Positions 35,767 to 45,098 of a stretch of 64,000 nt of DNA are shown here, piece by piece (within the stretch, counting starts at the first letter, position 1; the number at the start of each line of letters is the position of its first letter). Under the pieces are notes generated by a model. The model ran no database searches, was not told the origin of the DNA, and saw only the letters and a program-made list of their open reading frames with translations. This DNA comes from Candidatus Latescibacterota bacterium. Lineage in GTDB: Bacteria > Krumholzibacteriota > Krumholzibacteriia > LZORAL124-64-63. The stretch spans positions 353-64,352 of the forward strand of contig JAUSBL010000002.1 in the NCBI GenBank assembly GCA_030658975.1, given 5' to 3'. Both the position numbers and the translations under genes were made by a program.

Positions 35767-38700
35767 CTATTTGACGAGGGTCAGTTTGAGCAGATCCTCC
35801 CCTCCCCCCGCCGATCGCAGGCGCACCATGTAGATGCCGCTGGGGACGCGTTTCCCCGCGTCGTCCAGGCCGTTCCAATCCGCGACGTGGCGGCCCGCCG
35901 CCGCCTCGCCGTCGAAGAGCGTCCGGATCTGCCGCCCGCGCACGTCGTGCACGGTCAGCTCGCAACGCCCGGCCCGGGCCACCTCGTACGCGACCTCGGT
36001 CGACGGGTTGAACGGGTTCGGGGTCGCGGCCACCAGACGCGAGGCGACCACGGCGCCCGGTACGGGCTCGCCGTCTTCGATTCCGGTGACGTCCTGCCCG
36101 ACCGTCACCTGCCAATCGCCGTCCAAGGCTGCGGAAGTCCCGTCGGTGCGCCAAACCACGAGCGCGAATTCGCTCGGCGCCCCGGTGGCGGGGACCGTCA
36201 CCGCGAAGGTCGCTTCTTGGGTGCCTGTCTCGGGCGTCTGCCAGGCGATGCCGTCCAGCCAGGGCTCCGTCTTGCCCGTGGCGCCGAAGCTGAAATCGTG
36301 CAGGGAGAAGCCCAGTTCGACGTCGGTGCTCCGGAGCGAGAAGACGTAGGTCCCCTCCGGCAGGTCCAGCCGGATGGCGTCGAGGTAGCTGCCGGCTTCC
36401 ACGGTGCCCGAAAGCCGCCGGCCGACCGGGCTCGCCCAGGAGTCGGTGGTCGTCTTGGTGGCCAGGGTGTAGGTCCCGGTCGACGAGTTGCCGGCGCGGA
36501 CGACGCCGAGGTTGAAGGTGGCCGTCCCGTGCGGCAAGACGCCGCGCAGCACGAAATCGCAGCCCGGTCCGCTCCACTGCGACAGGGCGTAATCCGACGT
36601 GTACCCGTCCTGCACGTTGGCGTTCGCGTAGATCCCCAGATCCACGTCGAGCACGTCGTCCCACGCGTAGGCGGCGACGATCGTGGACACGGTCGGCATC
36701 ACCGGCGTGCTCGGCCGGTAGCCGTCGCAGTTCAGGGCCACGGTGCCCGCGGTCACCAGGGCGAGGCCGCCGAACGGGTTCGCGGGCGCAGGCAGCTGGT
36801 AGGTCGTGTTCGCCGTCAGGGTCTGGGCGGACCAGACCCACTGCCGGCCGTGCCGGTTGTTGGTCCAGTCGTCCTCGTCGATGCGACCGTTGCCGTTGAC
36901 GCTGTGGGTGAGCGCGTGGCGGCCGCCCCGGACGTTCAGCAGGGTGCTGCGCACGGCCTTGACGACGTGGGACGGCGAGATCTCCTCGATGAAGGTCCCG
37001 TTCAGGAAGTTCGTGCCGTCCAGGTAGAGGACGTGGTTCAGCCCCATCGGGATCGGAGCCTCGGCGCTCTCGTTGCTCAGCGACCAGTAGATGCCGGTCG
37101 CCGCGCTGTTGCCGGTGAGCGACGTCGGGGCCGGGATGTCATCCACGTCGGCGTCGTACGGCGTGCCGATCTGGGGCACGACGTTGGCGAACCAGCCCTC
37201 GGGCACGATGGTCGCCGGGTCGGACTTCGCGCGGTAGGCGAAGACCGTGTACGGCGACGAGCCGGCGGGACGGGGATCGCGGGTGACCACCGTCAGCGCC
37301 ATCTCGCCCGGCGGCAGCAGCACGCTGTGGTGCACCGTGTCGCCGGCCGCGGCCGTGACGAGGGCGTCGGCGTTCGCCAGGGACCCCACGCCGAACCCCG
37401 GCTCGAAGAAGCGCAGCTGCAGGTCGCGCGTGCTCCCGTTGGCCAGCTTGATCGTGAACCACGCCTCCTCGTCGAGCTCGTTATAAGTCAGGTAGAAGTC
37501 CAGGCAGTCGGCGGCCGACAGCGACCCGGACAAGGTGTCCGGCATGGCGAAGAACTCCCCGATCTCGCGGTGGATGCGGTAATCGGCGCCGCTGCCCTCG
37601 TCGTCCAGGACGCCGACGCAGTAGTTGGTCATGATCGTCTCGGAGGGGTTCTGGATGACGACCGCCGGCAGGTCGGCGCGGCTGGTCGACGTCGCCAGCG
37701 GCGTGGTGAACCCGGTCTGGTTGAAGTCGTGCGGGTGCAGGCGCAGCACGATCCGGTTGCTCGCGTCGTCGGGCACGGCCCAGACCAGTTCGGGAAAGAG
37801 ACAGAGTTCGATCTCGAAACCGTCGCCGTTGGGATAGAACGTGGTGCCGGCGGGCAGCATCCCGTGGCCGGCGGTCGCGTCGGGCAGGCCGCCCGCGCGC
37901 GCGATCGTCTCGCCCAGATCCAGGTCCTGCGGCGCGAAGACGAACTGCTTGGCGTAGATGTTGTTGTCCTCGTTGGACTCGGCCGCGTTGTCGAGGCCGT
38001 CCTCGCGCACCCACACGGTGTGGCGGCCGATCGCGCCCAGGTTCACGGGCCCGTTGTTGCGCGGGGCGTTCGTGACGCCGGCGTTGAGCAGGCGGATGGT
38101 CGAGGTGTAGACCGGGTTGCCGTCGAGGTACATCACGTCCACGAAGTTCCCCGAGGTGCCGGTGCCGACGTTGCGCTCGCCCCAGTTGAAGTAGACGCTG
38201 CTGCCGTTGACCAGGCTGGTCTGCAGCACCGGGTTCGGAGCCGCCACCGTGACGTTGCGCAGCACCAGCGGCGCCGTCCAGCCGGTCGGGGTCATGGGCT
38301 CGAGATCGGAGGGGCCCGGCGCGATGATCACGATCGGCCCGTAGTAGCTGGCGATGTTGCTCCAGCGCCCGGCGCGGTCCACGGCGAGGACCGAGAAGTA
38401 ATAGGTGCCGGGCGCGAGCTGCTCTTCGGGCTCCCACCACAGGTTGGTCGTGTCGATCACGCGGTCGGGCGTCAGCGTGTGCCCCTCGGTCAGCTGGACG
38501 CTGTAGGCGCAGACGCCCGACATGTCGTCCCAGGGCCGCTGCCAGTGGAAGGCGCCGTTGGCGATCTGCGTGGGCGTGCTGATGGGGAACGACGCGGTCA
38601 GGCCCGGCACCGGCCCGGGCGACTGTTCGTCGATCTGCAGGTCGAAGTTCCAGGCCGTCTCCCAGAGCATGGCGCGCGTGGCCTGCGGCGAGCCGAGCCC

Positions 38701-40236
38701 GTCGAGGTACTCGGCCGCGCAGCGGAAGAAGCCGGGGGCGCGGTAGGGCTCGTGGCCCTCGATGTCGCAGTTCTGGGCCATGATGTTCAGGATGTCGACG
38801 GTCTCGAGATCGAGTTGGTCGTAGACGTCGGCGCCCAGGGCGTCGGTGCGGAAGTGATCCGTCTCGGTGCCGTAGTCGTCGTCGGCCATGTCCCAGGCGG
38901 CGCCGGCGAACGCGTTCTCGATGCTCCAGGCATCCCAGGCGCAGCCGGGGCTGTCGTTGACCGAACCGACGTCGTTGTGCACCACGGCGAAGTCGACCAG
39001 TCCGGCGAGGTGGTCGGTGCAGAGCCGGCTGATGATCTGCGCGCAGCCCTCGATCCAGGCCACGGCGAGATCCTCGGGGCACCACGCGCAGTGGCCGCAG
39101 TCGTCGCCGTCGTCGCAGATGCCGTTGCAGTAGTCGATGCTGACGGTGTGGGCGTGCGCGGCGTGCCAGTAGTGGCCCCATTCATGGCAGATCGTTGCGT
39201 CGGACCAGGCATCTGCGCGCTCGAGGTGCAGTTCGTCGTAGTAAGGGGTGTAGAAGCTGCCGTCGTCGTCCGGCCACTGCACGTCGACGCGGTTCACGTC
39301 CCAGCCCAGGTCCCGGAAATAATTGTGGGCGTAGGTGATGTCCGTGCAGATGTGCAGGGCGCCGTGGTGCGAGGTGGGGAAGACGATGGCGGCGTTGTAG
39401 CTGGTGAAGTTCGCGGGCAGCGTGTAATTCGTCGTCGTCCAGGTGTAGTTGTCCTCCCAGATGCCGTCCTCCTGCACCACCACGGCGTTGCTGGTGGCCG
39501 CCATGCAGATGCGGAAGGTGCACCCGGCGGGGACGTCGATCTCGAAGCGGCCGAACTCGTTCACGCGCTGCGACCCGACCGAGTAGGGCCAGCCGGACTC
39601 GGGAAGCACCTGGATCCAGACGGTGGCGCCGAAGGCCGGCAAAAGCCTGCTCTGGGTATCGTGCAGGTACCAGAGGTTGCCGTAGACGTTGCAGGTCGTG
39701 CGATCCTTGTCGACAGGCGCGGCAGGCGGCGGCTCGTCGGCGGCCAAGGCCGTCAGCTCGGCCATCGTCAGCTGCGGCGTCCCCTTGAACTGATCGCCCC
39801 CGGCCGCCCGGATGCGGCGCGGCGGCACCAGGTCGCTGTCGGTGGGCAACAGGCCGTCGTAGGCCTCGCGCGAGGGATCGAAGCTCCTGCGCCACGGCTT
39901 GCCGTTCACCAGGGCCGACAGCACGAGCGGCCCGAAACCGGCGTCCGGCGTGGCCGTCAGCGCCCAGCGCACCGAGCCGCCGGCGGCGAGCGTCAGGTCG
40001 CGCGAACCCTCCCAGCGGGAGACCGTCCAGCCCTCGCCTTTGATCTCGACCTCGCTCAGGGTCGCGTCGGCCGCGGCTTCGATCGTCACGGCAGTGGCGA
40101 ACTCCCGGCCCGCTTCGGCGAAGCGCTGCGGGCGTTCGCAGTGGGCCTTGATCGGAATCTGGACGATGTCCGCCAGGGACGGCCCCGCGATCGTCAGCAG
40201 GACCGCACAGATCGGCAGCAGTTTCACTCTGCGCAC
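35767..40236 (-). CDS. 1489-aa secreted zincin-type metalloprotease-like protein with CARDB/Fn3-like domains and FlgD/T9SS-like CTD
   Basis: Signal peptide; HEWGHYWH..AWIEG; ESNEDNN (CARDB-like); PNPFNP..WNGLD..SGIY. Confidence 0.8.
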   Translation of the reverse strand: MRRVKLLPICAVLLTIAGPSLADIVQIPIKAHCERPQRFAEAGREFATAVTIEAAADATLSEVEIKGEGWTVSRWEGSRDLTLAAGGSVRWALTATPDAGFGPLVLSALVNGKPWRRSFDPSREAYDGLLPTDSDLVPPRRIRAAGGDQFKGTPQLTMAELTALAADEPPPAAPVDKDRTTCNVYGNLWYLHDTQSRLLPAFGATVWIQVLPESGWPYSVGSQRVNEFGRFEIDVPAGCTFRICMAATSNAVVVQEDGIWEDNYTWTTTNYTLPANFTSYNAAIVFPTSHHGALHICTDITYAHNYFRDLGWDVNRVDVQWPDDDGSFYTPYYDELHLERADAWSDATICHEWGHYWHAAHAHTVSIDYCNGICDDGDDCGHCAWCPEDLAVAWIEGCAQIISRLCTDHLAGLVDFAVVHNDVGSVNDSPGCAWDAWSIENAFAGAAWDMADDDYGTETDHFRTDALGADVYDQLDLETVDILNIMAQNCDIEGHEPYRAPGFFRCAAEYLDGLGSPQATRAMLWETAWNFDLQIDEQSPGPVPGLTASFPISTPTQIANGAFHWQRPWDDMSGVCAYSVQLTEGHTLTPDRVIDTTNLWWEPEEQLAPGTYYFSVLAVDRAGRWSNIASYYGPIVIIAPGPSDLEPMTPTGWTAPLVLRNVTVAAPNPVLQTSLVNGSSVYFNWGERNVGTGTSGNFVDVMYLDGNPVYTSTIRLLNAGVTNAPRNNGPVNLGAIGRHTVWVREDGLDNAAESNEDNNIYAKQFVFAPQDLDLGETIARAGGLPDATAGHGMLPAGTTFYPNGDGFEIELCLFPELVWAVPDDASNRIVLRLHPHDFNQTGFTTPLATSTSRADLPAVVIQNPSETIMTNYCVGVLDDEGSGADYRIHREIGEFFAMPDTLSGSLSAADCLDFYLTYNELDEEAWFTIKLANGSTRDLQLRFFEPGFGVGSLANADALVTAAAGDTVHHSVLLPPGEMALTVVTRDPRPAGSSPYTVFAYRAKSDPATIVPEGWFANVVPQIGTPYDADVDDIPAPTSLTGNSAATGIYWSLSNESAEAPIPMGLNHVLYLDGTNFLNGTFIEEISPSHVVKAVRSTLLNVRGGRHALTHSVNGNGRIDEDDWTNNRHGRQWVWSAQTLTANTTYQLPAPANPFGGLALVTAGTVALNCDGYRPSTPVMPTVSTIVAAYAWDDVLDVDLGIYANANVQDGYTSDYALSQWSGPGCDFVLRGVLPHGTATFNLGVVRAGNSSTGTYTLATKTTTDSWASPVGRRLSGTVEAGSYLDAIRLDLPEGTYVFSLRSTDVELGFSLHDFSFGATGKTEPWLDGIAWQTPETGTQEATFAVTVPATGAPSEFALVVWRTDGTSAALDGDWQVTVGQDVTGIEDGEPVPGAVVASRLVAATPNPFNPSTEVAYEVARAGRCELTVHDVRGRQIRTLFDGEAAAGRHVADWNGLDDAGKRVPSGIYMVRLRSAGGGEDLLKLTLVK

Positions 40237-40631
40237 GGCGGCACCTCCCGGACGGCGGTCGCCAGAGGCGCGAAGACGTAGTCGGCCGGCAGCCGCGTCT
40301 TCTGGACCTCGAGCCGGGCGCGCAGATCCCCGACCAGGACGGCGAGGTCCGCGCGCGTCGAGTCGTCGACCGCGCTTTCCAGCCGCGCCTGATGCAGCGC
40401 GAGGCGGCTGGCCGCCTTCACGTACACCGCGCAGCGCTGCAGCGCGAGCACCTCGACGGGGTCGGCGGCGGCGGCGATCGCCTCGCCCAGCCGGGCGAGT
40501 TCGGCGGCCTGGGCCGACTCGATGCCGGCGACCTTGGTTGCGAAGGCCGGCGCCGCAGCGCGGGCCGGCGCGACGAGCACGCAGGCGCCGGCCAGCAGCG
40601 CCGCGCAGAGGAACTTTTTGCAGAGGTTCAT
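40224..40631 (-). CDS. Small secreted helical protein coupled to the metalloprotease gene
   Basis: MNLCKKFLCAALLAGACVLVAPARA signal peptide; 3' end contains the GGGAGG RBS of, and overlaps, the next gene. Confidence 0.65.
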   Translation of the reverse strand: MNLCKKFLCAALLAGACVLVAPARAAAPAFATKVAGIESAQAAELARLGEAIAAAADPVEVLALQRCAVYVKAASRLALHQARLESAVDDSTRADLAVLVGDLRARLEVQKTRLPADYVFAPLATAVREVPPCAE

Positions 40632-40775
40632 GGCGTCACTCCGGGATGCGGGTGGGTGCATACCCCTGGAAAACGAGACGGCAGAATCGTTTAGTTTCAT
40701 GGAATTGATCGATGGGAAGGATCGGCGAGGCTCCCGGGGGGCGCCTGATCCTATAGGTATAATATTATCAAAAGA

Positions 40776-43484
40776 TTACGATGATCTTCGGCGTCGCAGA
40801 ACCGGCGCCGCGACCACACCCGCAACGGTGATGACCGCGATCCCGGCAACGAGGCTCCGCGGAACGCGGCGCGGCTGCAGTCGGACCGGCGTGTCCCCTT
40901 CCCCGAGCAGGACGAAGCCCGCCCAGTAGAACGGGTGCGACGTCGCGGGATCGTCGCGCAGCGCGGTGCGGGCCGCGCCGAGCGCCGCCGCCGGGGGCCG
41001 GCCGGCGGCCAGCTCGTCGTAGAAGACGCCGATCAACCGGGAGGTCGCCGCGTCGTCGACCGGCCAGAGCGTGGCGACCACCGCCGGCACGCCCGCGCTC
41101 AGGAATCCGGAGGCCAAACCGGGCACGCCCTCGCCGGCCACCAACTGGCCGTCCGCGCTGCCGCAGCTGGAGAGCACCGCCAGCTGCGCCTTCAGGTCGA
41201 GGCGCGCGATGTCGCCGGCGCGCACGCGCAGGGGACGCTCCGCGTCGCCGAAGACGAGGGCCGAATTCCAGGGCCGTTGCGCGTCGACTTCACCGTGGCT
41301 CGCGAAGTGCAGGACGTCGAAGCTCTCCACCACGGCGCCGCCGAACGCGGCGGTGTCGGTGCGGGCCGCCGACGGCACGGTCACGCGCCGGAACCGCCGC
41401 CGCAGGCGCGCGACCTCGGCCTCGGCGCCGGACAGCCGTCCACGGGCGGAATTCTCATGACCCGCGACCGCCAGCACGCACGCCGCCGGCGGCGGCGGCG
41501 CGGCGCGCGCGCGCAGGTGCGCGAGCACGGTCGCCGAGGGCAGCCGGCGCGGTTCGGCCGGCGCCAGCAGCAGGGCGAAGGGGGCGCGGTGCAGCACGCC
41601 GTCCGGACAGACGAAGACCGTCGCGGCGCCGGCGACCGTCGCCGCCGCCGGCGAGCCCGGCGCGCCCAGCAGCGTGTCGCGCGCGGCCGCCGCGCCGCGC
41701 GCGTCGAAATCGTCGAAGGGGTGGGCGAGCTGCGCGAACAGCGGCGCGAGGACGGCCTCCCAGCCGTCCCCGCCGGGCAGCGGCCGCGCGAGGAGGTCGT
41801 CACGCGTGACGACGAACAGCCAGCCGCGGTCCCGGCCCGCGAACACGTCCAGCAGGACCTCGCCCGGCTTCAGGACCGCGGCCTGCAGGTCGTGCAGCGT
41901 GATGGGCGGCGCCTCTCCCGCGACCGGCAGTTCCTCGCCGGGGCCCAGGATGCGCTCGAGCATCGTGCGCGCCTTGTAACGCTGGGCGGCGTCGAAGGCC
42001 GCCACCGGGTCGGGCCGCTCCATCGCCAGACCGAGCCGCAGCTCGAAAAGACGCTGGGCCTCGGCGCCGCGCCGTTCCCGCCACTGGGGATCCGCCGGCA
42101 GGGCGCGTTCCCGCTCCCAGAGCCGCTGCGCCGCGTCGAGCCAGACGCCGGCCGAGTCGGCAGCGGCCAACGCCCGCCAGGATTCGGCGCCCGCGACCAG
42201 CAGGGGCAGCCGGTGACGCGCGACGTCGGCGGCCGTCGCGGCCGCCAGCGCGGGCGCCACGACGGCCAGCGCTTCGGCATGGCGGCCGAGCGCGCGCAGC
42301 ACGCGGCTGCGGCCGGCGGCCAACTGCATCTCCAGGATGAAATCGTCGCGACCTTCGAGCGAGGCCGCGGCGGCCGCGCACTCCGCCAAGGCCTCGTCGC
42401 CGCGGTCCAGGCCGAGCAGCGCATCGGCGGCGGCCAGGCGCGCGTTGCTGAGCACATCCGGCGCGAGTTCCGCGTCCGAAGCCAGCGCCTCCCGGCAGCG
42501 GGCGTACGCCGCGGCGTACCGGCCGGCGGCCAGGTCGACCTCGGCGAGGCGGACGAGCGTGAGGGCCTCCTCGTCGCGGAAGCCGCGTTCGCGGCAGAAG
42601 ACCAGCGCGGCCTCCAGCTCGGCGCCGGCCTCGTCCGGCGATCCCAGCTCCAGCAACGCAGACGCCAGATTGCGCCAGGGCGCGCCGGCCTGCTGCCAGA
42701 GTTCGAGCTCGCGCTGGATGTCGCGGGCGCGGCGGTAACCGGCGACCGCCGCCCCCGGATCGCCGAGGATCATCTCGATGCCGGCGAGGTTGTTCGCGGC
42801 CATGGCCTCCAGCGAGCGCGAACCGCCGCCCCGCGCCATGACCGCCGCGCGCGCGTAGTGCGCAGCGGCGTCGCGGTAGGCTCCGCGGCCGGCGCGGCAG
42901 TTGCCCAGCCCGTTGAAGAGGGCGGCGAGATCGGCCGAATCGGCGGCGGCCTCCAGGAAGGGGCGGGCGGCCGAGTAGAGGGAGTCGGCGCCGGCGAGGT
43001 CGCGCGCCCGGTAGAGCAGGCGCCCACGGCCGTACAGGGCCTTGCCGGTGTGGAAACCGTCGCCCGCCGCGCGAGCCCTGCTCTCCAGCTCGGCGAACGT
43101 CGCCGCCGATTCGTCGCGCCGCCCGAGGTGCTGGCAGGCTTCCGCCAGGTAGCGCAGCGCCTTCAGGGCTGCCGGAGTGTCGCCGCTGGCTTCGGCCAGC
43201 GCGAGGGCCTCGCGCAGGTCGGCCTCGCCGTCGGCCGCGCGGCCGTAGGCGACGCGGGTCATGCCGCGCTCGAGGGCCAGCATCGCGACCAGCATCCGGT
43301 CGCCGGCCTCGCGGGCCGGCGGCAGCATCGAAGCGACGAGCGTTTCCACGGAATCCGGCAGGGAGCGCGCGCGCCAGTCGGCCAGCCGGGCGGCGAGGTC
43401 GGCGGGAGCGGTCGCCGCGAAGGCCGCGGCCGGCATGAAAGGCACGACGAGGACGAACAGCAGCAGCGTGAGGACGTGGCGCAT
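40776..43484 (-). CDS. TPR-CHAT (caspase-like) protease with signal peptide and C-terminal membrane anchor
   Basis: TPR repeats; PDGVLHRAPF, LHFASHG, VLSSCGS, ATLWPVDD, HPFYWAGF; C-terminal hydrophobic helix plus RRRR. Confidence 0.9.
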   Translation of the reverse strand: MRHVLTLLLFVLVVPFMPAAAFAATAPADLAARLADWRARSLPDSVETLVASMLPPAREAGDRMLVAMLALERGMTRVAYGRAADGEADLREALALAEASGDTPAALKALRYLAEACQHLGRRDESAATFAELESRARAAGDGFHTGKALYGRGRLLYRARDLAGADSLYSAARPFLEAAADSADLAALFNGLGNCRAGRGAYRDAAAHYARAAVMARGGGSRSLEAMAANNLAGIEMILGDPGAAVAGYRRARDIQRELELWQQAGAPWRNLASALLELGSPDEAGAELEAALVFCRERGFRDEEALTLVRLAEVDLAAGRYAAAYARCREALASDAELAPDVLSNARLAAADALLGLDRGDEALAECAAAAASLEGRDDFILEMQLAAGRSRVLRALGRHAEALAVVAPALAAATAADVARHRLPLLVAGAESWRALAAADSAGVWLDAAQRLWERERALPADPQWRERRGAEAQRLFELRLGLAMERPDPVAAFDAAQRYKARTMLERILGPGEELPVAGEAPPITLHDLQAAVLKPGEVLLDVFAGRDRGWLFVVTRDDLLARPLPGGDGWEAVLAPLFAQLAHPFDDFDARGAAAARDTLLGAPGSPAAATVAGAATVFVCPDGVLHRAPFALLLAPAEPRRLPSATVLAHLRARAAPPPPAACVLAVAGHENSARGRLSGAEAEVARLRRRFRRVTVPSAARTDTAAFGGAVVESFDVLHFASHGEVDAQRPWNSALVFGDAERPLRVRAGDIARLDLKAQLAVLSSCGSADGQLVAGEGVPGLASGFLSAGVPAVVATLWPVDDAATSRLIGVFYDELAAGRPPAAALGAARTALRDDPATSHPFYWAGFVLLGEGDTPVRLQPRRVPRSLVAGIAVITVAGVVAAPVLRRRRSS

Positions 43485-43610
43485 TTCTGGTGGCTCCCGG
43501 CGGGGATGGTCGGCTCCTCGACGCGGATCGAGGCTACCATGCCCGAACGGGCTTGCCCACGCACCGGTGCGCTGCGGCGGAGAAAATCTCGCGGTGAAGA
43601 GGCGAGCGGA

Positions 43611-44393
43611 TCAGTCCACGCTCGGGTCGTCGCAACGGGACACCTTGCCGACCGCCTCGGAGAGGTGCGCAGTGACCGCGCGGATCGCTTCCTGGCGCGT
43701 GCCGGCGGCGACCGGCAGCAGCGCCTGCAGGCGTTCGGGATCGGGAGGTCCGCGCGTGGCGACGGCCAGCAGGTAGGTCTCGGGACCGGCCGCCAGATCC
43801 GCGCGCCACGCGGAGGCCTCGCCCGGCGGCAGCAGGACGAGCCGGTCCTTCGCCAGCAGCGCCGGCGGCGTACCGGCGGCCGGGTGGATCAGGCGCGCCG
43901 CGCCGTCGCCGTCGATGTGGACCAGGACCGGGTAGCCGGGTTTTTTCAGACGGAAGCTCACGCCGTGCGTCCCGCCGGCCGGCGCCTCCGCGTCCCCGCG
44001 CAGGACCAGGGGCGACCCGACGCGCAGGTCGCGCACCGGTGATCCCCGCTGCAGGACGGGCAGGATGAGAGCGAAGGCCACGATCGCGGCCAGCGCCAGC
44101 GGCGGGGTCCGCCGCCAACGCCGGGGCGGGCGCTTCTCCAGCGTGGCCAGCAGCGCCGCGAGACTGTCGCGCGCCTGGACCCGCTCGACCTCGCTCGACG
44201 CCGCCAGGGGGTCCGGCGTCTCGGGCAGGGCGGCGACCGACCGCACCGCGTCCTCGACGGCGAGCACACGTTCGCGCAGCGCGCGGCAGGCGGGGCACGC
44301 CTGCAGATGCCGCCGCGCCTCGGCCAACTCCTGCGCCCCGAGCTCCTCCTCGATGAGGACCAACCGCCGCAGCCGTGTGCATTCGGATGTCAC
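43611..44393 (-). CDS. zf-HC2 anti-sigma factor with extracytoplasmic DUF4384-like domain
   Basis: C...HLQACPAC, TM helix, GYPVLVHIDGDG..LIHP..GPETYLLAVA. Confidence 0.75.
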   Translation of the reverse strand: MTSECTRLRRLVLIEEELGAQELAEARRHLQACPACRALRERVLAVEDAVRSVAALPETPDPLAASSEVERVQARDSLAALLATLEKRPPRRWRRTPPLALAAIVAFALILPVLQRGSPVRDLRVGSPLVLRGDAEAPAGGTHGVSFRLKKPGYPVLVHIDGDGAARLIHPAAGTPPALLAKDRLVLLPPGEASAWRADLAAGPETYLLAVATRGPPDPERLQALLPVAAGTRQEAIRAVTAHLSEAVGKVSRCDDPSVD

Positions 44394-44451
44394 GATGCCA
44401 CCTCCGCCGGGAACACGGCGCCGGGCCGTCCGAAAGTTGCACCGCGGCCGC

Positions 44452-45051
44452 TCATCGCTCCAGCTCCAGCCGACGCGCCAGGCAGCTGCGCAGGGCCAGC
44501 CGGCCGCGCCGGATGTCCGTGCGGACGGTGTTGAGGGGACGGCCGACCGACGCGGCGATCTCCTCGTACGGCATCTCCTCGAACAGCAGCATGGCCAGGA
44601 TCCGGCGTTGATCGGGGTTCGTCAGACCCTCCAGGCAGGCGTTCACGGCGTGCAGGATTTCCAGGCGTTCGAAGTCGAGCCGGGGATCGTCGCCCGACGG
44701 CGGGTCCGAGGCGTCGTCGGCGTCCGTCTGCGCCATGATCTCGCGGGATTCCAGCCGCCGGCGCGCGCGCAGGCTGTCGAGCACCAGGAAGGGGGCGCGG
44801 GTGCGGAACCAGGCCCAGAACGAGCCCGGCCGCCGGTAGACGAAACGCCCTTCGGCGACCTCCGCCGCCAGGCGCAGCAGGCAGTCGTGCGTCCAGTCGC
44901 GGCGCAGGTCGGCGTCGCGGGTCAGGCGGCAGGCGTAGACGTAGACCGCGTCGTGGGCGGCGACGAAGAACTCGCGCCGCGCCCAGGGGGCCGCGGACCG
45001 CAGTCCGGCCGCCAGGGCCTGCTCGTCGTGTCTCTCGCCTTCACCGGTCAC
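44452..45051 (-). CDS. ECF sigma factor
   Basis: GTG at 45051 after AGGAGG; MPYEEIAASVGRPLNTVRTDIRRGR. Confidence 0.85.
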   Translation of the reverse strand: MTGEGERHDEQALAAGLRSAAPWARREFFVAAHDAVYVYACRLTRDADLRRDWTHDCLLRLAAEVAEGRFVYRRPGSFWAWFRTRAPFLVLDSLRARRRLESREIMAQTDADDASDPPSGDDPRLDFERLEILHAVNACLEGLTNPDQRRILAMLLFEEMPYEEIAASVGRPLNTVRTDIRRGRLALRSCLARRLELER

Positions 45052-45098
45052 ATCCGCCTCCTGGCACCTCCACCTTCCGGGCACCGTGGAGGATACCT

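Noticed and set aside
35650-40281. 1543-aa + strand ORF and many other long antisense/overlapping ORFs (e.g. 12354..15437, 40935..44042, 45378..48794, 51618..54947)
   Set aside because: Shadow ORFs of high-GC coding DNA: they mirror recognisable genes on the opposite strand and have no motifs of their own
40776-43484. TPR-CHAT as part of a type III-E CRISPR (Craspase) locus
   Set aside because: No cas genes or array are nearby, and the protein has a signal peptide and membrane anchor
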